From assembly GCA_046538485.1 (NCBI GenBank), contig JBKHIT010000083.1, positions 1 to 15,168 on the forward strand: a stretch of DNA of 15,168 nt, written 5' to 3'. Position numbers and translations under genes: made by a program. A model generated the notes under the pieces. That model made no database searches, had not been told where the DNA came from, and saw nothing but the letters and a program-made list of their open reading frames with translations. Each line of letters begins with the position of its first letter. Position 1 is the stretch's first letter. Source of the stretch: Candidatus Brocadiia bacterium (lineage in GTDB: Bacteria > Planctomycetota > Brocadiia > SM23-32). Shown here piece by piece: positions 1 to 8,281 of the stretch.

Positions 1-244
1 GGGCAGGTATTATCTCCTGCTGAAGTCCTGTGCCTTTCCACGGCACACTGAGAAAAGCGGGTTAGGGATCCGGAAAATGGGTGCCCCGCAGTCTTATTTT
101 TATCTGCAAAAATACCCGTCGGAATCAGAACTGTGCACGCATTTAACCCAAAAAACCGCCGCGCCATTCTATTTCTGCCACTACCCGGGAAAAACAGACC
201 AGCAAAAGGTATCTGTTTGCAAAAGACATGATCGCGGGCGATTC

Positions 245-273
245 TTGACCCCGTCCCCGAAGTGCGATATGAT
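245..273 (+). promoter_or_regulatory. sigma70-type promoter for the tRNA gene
   Basis: TTGACC (245-250), 17-nt spacer, TATGAT (268-273), 22 nt upstream of the tRNA 5' end. Confidence 0.75.
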
Positions 274-295
274 GACTTTCTATTCGAACAAAAAT

Positions 296-372
296 GCGCC
301 CGTAGCTCAACTGGACAGAGCGTCGGACTTCGGATCCGATTGTTGGGGGTTCGAATCCTCCCGGGCGTGCCA
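296..372 (+). tRNA. tRNA-Arg, anticodon TCG (UCG)
   Basis: 77-nt cloverleaf. Acceptor stem GCGCCCG/CGGGCGT, discriminator G, encoded CCA. D-arm GCTC..GAGC with GGA (A20 Arg identity element). Anticodon stem TCGGA/TCCGA around loop CT-TCG-GA (anticodon 330-332). T-loop TTCGAAT. Confidence 0.97.
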
Positions 373-386
373 CTTCTCTATTTATT

Positions 387-420
387 AGAAGCCCTTGTCA
401 GCCAAGGGCTTCTGTTTTGT
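387..420 (+). terminator. intrinsic terminator-like hairpin after the tRNA
   Basis: Perfect 11-bp stem AGAAGCCCTTG (387-397) / CAAGGGCTTCT (403-413), 5-nt loop, followed by GTTTTGT. Confidence 0.7.
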
Positions 421-445
421 ACATACCAACCGAAGACCGGATTAT

Positions 446-490
446 CGGTACAAAATGACGGCACAGAAATGATAGCAAACTTATAGCAAA
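446..490 (+). repeat. two pairs of short direct repeats next to the tRNA (possible integrase arm-type sites)
   Basis: CGGTACAAAATGA (446-458) / CGGCACAGAAATGA (459-472), and ATAGCAAA at 472-479 and 483-490. The repeats are seen; the function is inferred. Confidence 0.4.
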
Positions 491-555
491 GGGGTTAACA
501 AGCGATGCCGATCGACATCTGGTGGTACGAGTGACAATGGTGCGGGTGGGCCGAT

Positions 556-788
556 ACCTTCGCCCGCATTGCAGTGCGGCTGCAGCTTTTCGTTCTGGCC
601 TGTAATCTGGCCAACTTCATGCGCGCCTGCCCTGCCCGAGCCTGTGGAACACAGGTCGCTGACGACGCTGCGGGAGAAACTGGTGAAGATCGGGGGCCAC
701 GCCCGCCCGCATCGCGTTCCAGATGGCGGAGATTGCGGTCCCGCGGGACCTGTTCGGAGCCATACTGGAGCGGATTCGGCGGCTCTGA
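556..788 (+). pseudogene. IS1380-family transposase, frameshifted C-terminal fragment
   Basis: Stitching three frames gives TFARIAVRLQLFVLACNLANFMR / ALPEPVEHRSLTTLREKLVKIG / IAFQMAEIAVPRDLFGAILERIRRL*. This matches the IS1380 C-terminus as I recall it (NAVRLQLxxLAYNLxNFxR..SLTTLREKLVKIG..FQMAEVAVPR). The N-terminal part is missing. Confidence 0.85.
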
Positions 789-1036
789 CCCGCGCCGACC
801 TGAGGGAGCATCGCGGATTCCGCAAGAAAAAACGCGCCATACATCTGCCGACGGGGACGGTATCGCCCGAAGCTCCAGAACCCCCTTTTCCGCCTCTTGC
901 CACAGGCGCAAAAGCGCCTCCGAAGTCTCTGTAAGAGCAGCAGAGTCGCGGAATTCGGCTTGACAAACCTCCAGAGGGTACAATATTACGAACGAGGCGA
1001 AGTTATAATTTCGCTCCATCAAATGGGAAATCTGGG
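556..1036 (+). mobile_element. truncated IS1380-family element (3' portion with probable right end)
   Basis: Transposase tail, then a ~230-nt noncoding tail ending in AAATGGGAAATCTGGG (1021-1036), which resembles IS1380-type right ends. No left end is seen. Confidence 0.55.
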
Positions 1037-1068
1037 TGATTATTCAGAATCTTGCACCTTATAACGAG

Positions 1069-4000
1069 ATGAACGCTCGCAGTCGGTCTGTCCTCGGTGC
1101 AGGCAAGTGGTTCCGCGTGATCATCATTTCCGGGTTGCTTTCTCTGGTGCTGCTGGGAAGCGATTCGTTCGCCGGCGGGCCAGGTCTGGATGAGGTAGAG
1201 GATATCGAGGGTTTTCCCCAGCTTGAGCAAACGCGAACGCCGGTGCAGCGTGAAGTCGAAGCGGAACACATCGCCATCACGTGGCTGAGTAACGTCGTTT
1301 CCTGGGTGGAAGCGGCGAAACAGGGGGAGGAAAGAAAAGTCTCTATCGTCAGGCTGCCCAACAACCGAAAAGGGGTTCGCCTCCACCGGGGGACGGGGAT
1401 TGCGCACAAGGTGGAAATCCCGGAAGCCGGCAGTTACCGCCTCTGGGTTTCCTATCGCGCATCTTCCGGCAGGCGCTCTCCATTCCACCTAAAACTCATT
1501 GGACAGAACACTTTTTCCCACACCTACGGAGCACTCAAGCTGTCCTCACCCTGGGAACAGGCAAGGGAACGGACGGGAGGAATGGGGTCAGGGAATGCGT
1601 ACCGAGAAGGACCGCTCGGCGCCGGCGAGGGGGTTGTGTGGGAGTGTGCGGATGCCGAGTTGCACCGTGGCGAGACGACGATTCGCCTCACGGCGGACGA
1701 TCGTACAGATTCCCCGCCCATCGAGTCCCTGGTAATAACAAAGAGCAAAGAGTTCAAGCCCTCGCGTTCGAGTATGGCGGAGGAGAAGACCTTTGGTCGC
1801 CTGTATCTGCGCGTCCGCCTCAGGGGAGTCCAAGAGCCCGTCGGAGTGAGCGGGCGTATGCTGTACATGAAACGCTTCTCGGGCCCCGGCAGGTACAACG
1901 GTGAATTTACGGGAGGGCTCGGGCACTTTTCCGATCCCGGCAACGCTACACTTACGCCCGGGAAATGGTCCGCGTGGGAAGAGGCCACGTTCCCCCTGAC
2001 AACGGGCGGCAGTTGGGCAATCGGCAGATTCTACATGTCCGGTGGCCCGGATGGGACGATGGACGTGCAGATGGCATGGTATCCGAACAAGGGAGCCGTT
2101 GCGAAGTCCATTTCTACGGTGATTCGGCAGGGCGGGGCCTACGTGCTGCTGCCCGTTTCCAGCAGCGGGTTCGGCGGCAATCCGCGCGATGGATGGACGC
2201 CTCCAGACATGTTCCGCAAATCCACCGTGGCCCGATTCCGCCCCCTGGAAGCCTTGCAAGAGCAGATGGACGGGTATTGTGAACGGGCACTTGAGGCGGT
2301 CGGGGGGGACATCGGCCCCCTCCAACACCTTCAGTTCCACGCGTTCGTCCAGGGGCCTCCGCAGGTGATCGAAGAGTCGGTGTCCCGCCTCAGGCGCATG
2401 GGGCTCAACCGCTTTTCGCCCGGCAAAAGGGAAGGCGACATCTGGTTGAGTTACAGCGGCATCGGCTTCTCCGAGGATCGTCGTAAGACGATCGAAGCGC
2501 AGGCCAGAAGGTGGAAGCGCCACCGAGACGAAAAGGACCACCAGCCACGGTTGGTCAAGCTGGGAGATGAAATCAGCAACTACGCCGGGCCGGGAAAGAT
2601 CAACTCTTCCCCAGAAGGACTCAAGCTCTTCCACAGTTACCTCTCCGACGAGCTTGAGCGGTTGGGCAAAGAGGCTCCGTTCCTGGGGGTCAATGACGTC
2701 CGAGAACTGGTTTGCTACGCCCCGCGGATGGCCGGGTCCGATGATTCAGAATCTGAACCGGACCTTCCTCGTCCCGAGGGGATCACGGATCCCCTCCTCG
2801 GGGATGGGGAGTCGGACGACGCGATGCCGGAACTCGAAGACGAGGAGAAGGCTTCCGCTCCCGGGGAAGGGCAGAAATCCGCTCCCGCCCCTGATGGCGA
2901 GAAGGATATACCCGATTTGGGTCCGGCCGAAACCGAGCGCCTGCGCGTCATGAGCCGGCGCTTCATCACCTGGCTCACGGCCTGGTACTACAGGGGCAAG
3001 ACCGAGGCCATCCGAAAAGCCTTCCCCAAAGCCGATACGTTCACGAATCACGACACCGGTTTTATGTTCGGCAAACACTGCAACCAATTCGACCCGCTCT
3101 GGATCATGAACGTCCGCTACCAGGGCACGACCATGGCTGCGGCGGAGGACTGGGCCTGGCCCAGCAAGGGTGGCACGGCCTCCTGCGGCATCCAGACCGT
3201 CAGCTTCTACGGGGCGATCATGGACTGCGCGGCCCGCGAACACGGGGGGCCCAAGGGCTTTCAAAACATCGCCACGTCCAATCACGCCGCGCGCAAAATC
3301 TTCAGCCTGGTCGGAGAAGGCGTCTTCTTCCAGGACCTGTACAACTATGGGCCTCCTTACTTCCGAAAGGGAGGGACCATAGACTGCTGGGGTCACAAAC
3401 ACTGGGTCTACAAACAGGTCGCCCAGGCCCTGGCCGCGCTCAAGCCGGCCGAAAAGCGTATCGCTGAGGGAACTCCAGACCCTACACGGGTTGCCATGAT
3501 CACCAACCTCTCGGACGACCTGCGGGACGGAGACGTGCCGGGTTTTCTCAAAGATCGGCTGCTGGTCTACCTGGCGCTGCGCCACGCCCAGATGCCAGTC
3601 GATCTGCTGCTGGAACGGGACCTGCGCCGGCAGAGCCAGATTGATCTCAACGCCTACGACGCCATCTACCTGACCGGTATGCGCCTGGAGAGGGAAGCGT
3701 TCGGGGTGCTGAAAGATTGGTGCGAAGCGGGCGGTACCCTGATGGCCACCGGCATGGCTGCAACGCAGGACGAATTCGGCGATTCAATACCGGGGTCCGA
3801 TGCGTTTTTTGGCGCCGGACGGGCGGTTGCGACAATCAATAAAAAGAGCTGGCATCCCGACAACATCCCGAACCTGAAGCCTCTCGGCGAGGCAATGTTC
3901 GAAAAATCCGAGTATGCGCCCGCCACGAGCGTGCCCGTCGTCGGCGTCAGGTACGCGATCCGGCCGGAAGAAGATTGCAGGACATTGGCACACTTTGAGG

Positions 4001-4431
4001 ATGGATCGCCCGCCGCCTCGATGCGGGAGGCGGGCGAAGGACGGGTCATTCTCTACGCATTCCAACCCGGTATGAGTTACCGCTTCGACACGTCGCGACA
4101 GGGTGGGAAGATCTGCGGCTACCGAGACGAGCGCCGCGATGTGATTGCGATGCCGGTGTCGAGAGCCTGCGGTCCTCCCCGCCTCACCAGTTCGTCCCCC
4201 CTGGTCGAAACCACCACCTTTAGCGACGCCGCCGGGCTGGCCGTCCTGCTCAACGATTTCACCTGGGAGGATGAGCGTGAGATGAGAATCACGGTAAGAA
4301 CCGAACGCCCGGTGAAAAACGTGGCTGCCACCCTGGGCAAAGTAAAGAAATGGCAACAGGAGAACGGCAGAGTTCGGATCACGTGTAGCGCTCCGGACCC
4401 CGTTGATGTTATCATTCTGGACTATGAATGA
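1069..4431 (+). CDS. secreted glycoside-hydrolase-like protein with beta-galactosidase (GH42) trimerisation-type domain
   Basis: Long ORF. ATG 1069 (MNARSRS..WFRVIIISGLLSLVLLGSDSFA) gives a Sec signal peptide; the alternative GTG 1036 overlaps the IS end. N-terminal beta-sandwich/CBM-like segment (VEIPEAGSYRLWVSY). Candidate clan GH-A motifs LGDEI and AAEDW. C-terminal RVAMI..VYLALRHAQMPVDLL..YDAIYL..LKDWCEAGGTLM is typical of the GH42 trimerisation (GATase-like) domain. Confidence 0.8.
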   Translation: MNARSRSVLGAGKWFRVIIISGLLSLVLLGSDSFAGGPGLDEVEDIEGFPQLEQTRTPVQREVEAEHIAITWLSNVVSWVEAAKQGEERKVSIVRLPNNRKGVRLHRGTGIAHKVEIPEAGSYRLWVSYRASSGRRSPFHLKLIGQNTFSHTYGALKLSSPWEQARERTGGMGSGNAYREGPLGAGEGVVWECADAELHRGETTIRLTADDRTDSPPIESLVITKSKEFKPSRSSMAEEKTFGRLYLRVRLRGVQEPVGVSGRMLYMKRFSGPGRYNGEFTGGLGHFSDPGNATLTPGKWSAWEEATFPLTTGGSWAIGRFYMSGGPDGTMDVQMAWYPNKGAVAKSISTVIRQGGAYVLLPVSSSGFGGNPRDGWTPPDMFRKSTVARFRPLEALQEQMDGYCERALEAVGGDIGPLQHLQFHAFVQGPPQVIEESVSRLRRMGLNRFSPGKREGDIWLSYSGIGFSEDRRKTIEAQARRWKRHRDEKDHQPRLVKLGDEISNYAGPGKINSSPEGLKLFHSYLSDELERLGKEAPFLGVNDVRELVCYAPRMAGSDDSESEPDLPRPEGITDPLLGDGESDDAMPELEDEEKASAPGEGQKSAPAPDGEKDIPDLGPAETERLRVMSRRFITWLTAWYYRGKTEAIRKAFPKADTFTNHDTGFMFGKHCNQFDPLWIMNVRYQGTTMAAAEDWAWPSKGGTASCGIQTVSFYGAIMDCAAREHGGPKGFQNIATSNHAARKIFSLVGEGVFFQDLYNYGPPYFRKGGTIDCWGHKHWVYKQVAQALAALKPAEKRIAEGTPDPTRVAMITNLSDDLRDGDVPGFLKDRLLVYLALRHAQMPVDLLLERDLRRQSQIDLNAYDAIYLTGMRLEREAFGVLKDWCEAGGTLMATGMAATQDEFGDSIPGSDAFFGAGRAVATINKKSWHPDNIPNLKPLGEAMFEKSEYAPATSVPVVGVRYAIRPEEDCRTLAHFEDGSPAASMREAGEGRVILYAFQPGMSYRFDTSRQGGKICGYRDERRDVIAMPVSRACGPPRLTSSSPLVETTTFSDAAGLAVLLNDFTWEDEREMRITVRTERPVKNVAATLGKVKKWQQENGRVRITCSAPDPVDVIILDYE

Positions 4432-4544
4432 GGCCGCCGTCCGCCCCCTGTGTGGGGTCTGCGTGAACGGAGGCAGGACGTCTGCGAAGGGCAAAGTCGA
4501 AAGCGGAGATTAAACCGTATCCCTCTGGAGAATGGAGAAGGCAG

Positions 4545-5243
4545 ATGGGAAGAACGAGACGAGGTTTCACGCTTATCGAATTGCTGGTTGTCATAGCGAT
4601 CATAGCGATTCTGGCGGCGCTGCTGATGCCGGCGCTCGAGCAGGCTCGGGCCTCGGCTCGGCAGGTGGCCTGCCTGAGCCGCGAACGTCAGTTTTATCTC
4701 GCCGGCACCTTCTACGCGAATGATACCGGCTGGTGGCCGGCCAGTTACGTGAAGAACCCGGACGGCACGGCGCAGACATTCTACGACATCGTCCCGTACC
4801 TCGACATGGGTAGCACGAAAGACGGCCGCAACGTCGGTCCCGCAGAGAACTTCTGGCTCTGCCCGGAGGCGCCGTTCCCCAGGAAGTGGAATAAAAACGA
4901 GTTTCGATATTACGCTTGGGGATACACGCACGTGGGAAACTACTGGACCACCCATTTCTTTGGTTTCAGCGAGACATCTTTCCCCAGCATGATGGTGCCC
5001 GCCAACCGTGTGCCCGCCACGCGCAGGGCACAGCCGAAGTTCGGCAGCGCCAGCAAGATTGTCTGGCTTGGGGAGACCTGCGGCATTACTGCTAACAGGT
5101 GGAAAGGCAGTTGGAACCAGTTGGCCCCCGGCGGACCTGACACATACCACCCGAACGACAGCGCCGACGTGGTCACCATGGACGGCCGAGCCCTTAACGT
5201 GCGGGGATGGGAGGACGCCGGCCTGAAGTTCTATGAGGAGTGA
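4545..5243 (+). CDS. prepilin-type N-terminal cleavage/methylation domain protein (DUF1559 / H-X9-DG-like)
   Basis: [41 protein letters not shown] is a class III signal peptide followed by the DUF1559-type AR..AR...C motif. C-terminal [17 protein letters not shown] upstream of the ATG. Confidence 0.9.
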   Translation: MGRTRRGFTLIELLVVIAIIAILAALLMPALEQARASARQVACLSRERQFYLAGTFYANDTGWWPASYVKNPDGTAQTFYDIVPYLDMGSTKDGRNVGPAENFWLCPEAPFPRKWNKNEFRYYAWGYTHVGNYWTTHFFGFSETSFPSMMVPANRVPATRRAQPKFGSASKIVWLGETCGITANRWKGSWNQLAPGGPDTYHPNDSADVVTMDGRALNVRGWEDAGLKFYEE

Positions 5244-5388
5244 GTTCTCCTTGGTCGAAAGTACACCAGTGGGGCTTTCTCACAGCACCTGGATCACATT
5301 TCGGGGAGCACGCCACCATCTGCATTCAAAAAAGAATTTTCCCCGGACCACTTAGAACTGCGCAAAAGTTGTAAACCCGCTTTTCTCA

Positions 5389-5421
5389 AGCGGCGCCCCC
5401 GGAGGGCGAACCGCTGTTTTT
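5389..5421 (+). terminator. probable intrinsic terminator of the GH/prepilin gene pair
   Basis: AGCGG-CGCCC-ccgga-GGGCG-aa-CCGCT hairpin followed by GTTTTT, ~145 nt after the prepilin stop. Confidence 0.5.
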
Positions 5422-5517
5422 AGACTCAGATTACAGACGGTGTCCCCAGATCAGATGCGAAATATAGTGCAAGGTCTTTCTGGGATGCGGTTTATAATAA
5501 TTATACCTTCAGGTTCG

Positions 5518-5731
5518 GTAGAGTAGAAATGTGGCGCGGTGGCGTTTAGGCCCGGCTTATCTGGGGCTCGCCCTTTCGTCTGCGAGTGCCTCTGGTAGCC
5601 TGACCATGCACTCCGTTTCCACATCCCTCTCGTCAAACCGGACGTGCGAATTTCCCGCATCCGGCTTTCTCTGTTATCAAAGGTAATGCCCGGCTATCGG
5701 CTCGCACCTTCGCCACGCATACCTGACATAC
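5518..5731 (-). ncRNA. miniature ORF-less group II intron derivative, copy 1 (5' end + domain V + domain VI)
   Basis: Minus strand starts GTATGTCAGGTATGCGTGG (GUGYG-like). DV is AAGCCGGAT-GCGG-GAAAT-TCGC-AC-GTCCGGTTT with AGC triad and AC bulge. DVI is GAGAGGGATGTGG..CCACATTTCT-A-CTC with the bulged A 7 nt from the end. Ends CTCTAC. 214 nt. Confidence 0.85.
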
Positions 5732-5813
5732 TCCGCAGCTTCCCGACACTTTCTGGAGTTGTTAGACTCATCGTCAATCTCCTTGCCTTACATGCCGCTT
5801 CCGGCATCTATAC
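5732..5813 (-). pseudogene. remnant of a group II intron-encoded RT/maturase start
   Basis: AAGGAG RBS, then ATG at 5771 giving MSLTTPESVGKLR, which resembles N-termini of bacterial intron RTs (MSLxTPExVxKLQ..). Cut by the IS on one side and the mini-intron on the other. Only 13 codons. Confidence 0.5.
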
Positions 5814-5849
5814 TCAGAGCTCCTTAACCGCTGGAAAATGCGATGGGAC

Positions 5850-8087
5850 CTATTTGGGCGGATCGGTTGAGCCGGCGAAAGAGTATTCCAGTGTGAAGTC
5901 GGTGCCGGGATAGGCTGTTTCTGTCTCATTCAGGTTCTTCAGCAGCTGGCTTATGGCTCTGTTTGCCCGTGGGCTGGCCATGTGATGAATCTGGACCCTC
6001 AGCACGCCTCGGTCCGAATCCGGGATTATGTCGGCCGGGGAGCGATAGAGGTCCCCAAGAAGGCGACGGGCGTCACTGTCTTTACCTGAATGCTCCTTAA
6101 GATACTCCGCCATAGCCGTCTCTGATCGGTACGCTATCATTTTGATCGTATCGGTCAGAAGCTTGCGGCTCGGCGCCAGTTGCTGAAATCTTTCCTCCTC
6201 GCTCAGATCTCCCATCGTTACGTGTTTGTTCTCGTCCCTCCGCTTCTCTTTTAGCTCCTCATGCTCCTTCTCCAGATGCTCGATCTGTTCCCTGAGTTGC
6301 GATTTTCGCCGTTGCCAGTCCTCATAATCTCTCTGCCTGAGCTTCTCGTCCGCGTGCAAACACCCGAACTGATGCTCCGCTCTGTCGAGTTTGGCGCCCG
6401 CTGAACGACATTGCGAGTTCAACTCCCTCCACCTGGGATTTATTACCCGTTGGGGATCAGGTAGGTCCACCGTTTCGTATTCGCTAAGTGCATCTATGGC
6501 AAACTCTTGCATCATGTAGCGGAAGAAGTTTTCCTGGGACCATCTGGTAAAAAGCCACTTGCAATCTTCCGGCTTCAGATTAGCATGCCCCGGACTGATG
6601 ACGCTGACCTGATGGCCCGCCTGGGTCAGTTTTCGCACCTCATCGACCCAAAGAGCGTCCCGGCCGCTGCCTATGAAGCTGCCCCTCTCGGCCAACTTCA
6701 TTTTCACCCGGGCCCCACTGGGCATTCGAATTTCGGTCTCCCGAAACTCCTCCTGCGGCCACTCCCCCCGCGGATACTTGTGATAGGTGATGCAGCATAT
6801 GCGGTGCTGCTGCCACATTTCCCTGAAGAAACCAGGGCTGTATCCCTCCCGGTCAAAAACCATCAGGAAACGCGACAGGTGAGGGTCTTCCTCCAGCTGC
6901 TGCTCGGTGGGCTGATCGGGCACATCTTCCAGCAGCCGGGGCACAACTTCGTAGCGCAGTGTCCTCAGCAGCCCATCGTCCACGGGTTTGGAGACCACGA
7001 AGAACGGGCGTCCGCTCGCATCGTTCACCCAGTAGTCGGTCGTGCCGCGCAGACACAGCCTCTGGCGGGCCACGTAGCGGCGGGGCAGTTTGGCCTTCTT
7101 TCCGTGATAGACCCGCACGTGCCCGTCCACATACAAAACGCCGGTGCGTTCGGGGTGCTGCTCCATCCATTGCCGGCTAAGAAGCGCATGCCACTTCCGG
7201 ACCTGGCCCTTCTGGCTCAGTTCGCCCATTTTCTCTCGCAGGCACCGCACCTCGGGCACCCGACCGGAGCCCCATCACTTTTCCCAGCTCACCCGGCGGC
7301 TCGAAACGAAGGCGTTCCGCGCATCTCATGTGCCACAGGGCCATGTAGGCAAGGAGCAGGAAGATATGAAGCCTCTGGTAGTAGCCGTCCAGCTTCTGAA
7401 AACACCCCTCCAGATGGTCCAGTAGCCCGGCGGCAAGGAGGGCCGGCACAGCACACAGCACACCCCGAACTCCACGCTCCGGCAGGCCTCAAAGCGGGTC
7501 GGAGCCCCGCCGAGGGCCCCCACCGCCGCCATGGCTCTCTCCACCGGCCGGGTGCAGGCGGTTCCCATCTTGGCCTCGGCGTCCTCCTTGTCCCGTTCGG
7601 ATCTCTCTGAGGCTGCCTCGCCCCCCTCGGCGTCTCCTCCCATCTGGCGGATACGGCCATCCTGTATGGCTTTGCTGAGCGTGTTCTATTTTACGCCCAG
7701 ATGGTCGGCCACATCGCCTCGGGCCCACCCCTGCGCAAAGAGCCGCTCTGCATCCTCAATAACAGTCGCAGTAATGACGTTCGCCCCGCGGCTCCGCCTG
7801 GGGGCGTAGAAGGCCTCGATACCTTCCTCTCGGTACTTCTTGACCGCTCGTTTCACACTGTTGGTGCTCACCCCGAAGGTGCGGATGATATCCACCTGCT
7901 TGCACCGCCCCTGACAGTAGAGCTGGCTGGTAAACATGCGGAATGAGGCCGTATCGTCGGCCGCGTGGTGGAAAACGGGATAGGTGCCTACAAGGTAGAA
8001 CCACGTCTCATCTTCGTTGACCACCGATATTCTCTCAGTCAGTCGGGTTGCACCGGCCGGGATAAACGGTAGAATGGCCTGTGGCAT
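5850..8087 (-). pseudogene. large DDE transposase with N-terminal HTH, disrupted by one nonsense codon and two frameshifts
   Basis: Fragments join into one ~745-codon frame: MPQAILP..HTH (KQVDIIRTFGVSTNSVKRAVKKY)..GVK-TAG(7686-7688)-NTLSKA..EFG / frameshift ~7467 / VLCAVPALL..GKVMGL / frameshift ~7268 / RVPEVRCLR..LYVDGH..VFDREG..RWSQENFF (candidate D-D-E)..coiled coil..stop at 5850. Confidence 0.85.
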
Positions 8088-8088
8088 A

Positions 8089-8183
8089 GGTACCTTTCCT
8101 CTCGGTTTTGGCTTTCTGTCTGCAGCAAACAGACGAAAACCGGGGGAAAGGTATCATTTTATTTTCCAATCCGTCACAGGCAA
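8089..8183 (-). promoter_or_regulatory. transposase promoter and RBS-sequestering inverted repeat
   Basis: Minus strand TTGCCT (8183-8178), N16, TAAAAT (8161-8156). Arms 8136-8155 and 8089-8109 form a ~20-bp imperfect stem over the RBS just upstream of ATG 8087. Confidence 0.55.
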
Positions 8184-8281
8184 GTCAAATTCTATTCCCC
8201 CCCTCCCATCCCGAGTCTTAAACACGACTTATGGCATAATCTCCCATCTGATCTCCTCTCAAGAGATCAGGAGTTCTGAGA

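Larger units (their letters stand above)
5814..8279 (-). mobile_element. ~2.47-kb insertion sequence with imperfect terminal inverted repeats
   Basis: Left end TCAGAGCTCCTTAACC..GATGGGA (from 5814) versus reverse complement of right end TCAGAACTCCTGATCT..GATGGGA (ending 8279). Encloses one transposase gene. No target duplication visible. Confidence 0.8.

Noticed and set aside
77..486. ORFs 77-388, 143-373 and 262-486
   Set aside because: They overlap the tRNA, its promoter and its terminator; translations are tRNA shadow sequence.
481..1022. Several 75-175 aa ORFs on both strands
   Set aside because: Explained by the frameshifted IS1380 fragment and its antisense frames.
1003..5150. Antisense and alternative-frame ORFs (e.g. 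1588-2634, 2746-3585, 3784-4494, 4422-5150)
   Set aside because: Shadows of GC-rich genuine genes; no recognisable motifs.
5330..5465. GGACCACTTAG resembling the MITE end, and CTCAGA..AGATCAGATGCGA resembling the IS end
   Set aside because: Matches are short, have no partner end, and are compatible with chance.
5451..5660. ORFs 5451-5660 and 8391-8600
   Set aside because: Translations of intron DV/DVI RNA sequence (MREIRTSGLTRG.. is a typical DV shadow).
6507..7610. 367-aa plus-strand ORF
   Set aside because: Antisense to the transposase with no recognisable domain.
7259..7690. Programmed frameshift or read-through expression of the transposase
   Set aside because: It would need one stop read-through and two frameshifts, with no classic slippery heptamer. 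Decay or sequencing error is more likely.
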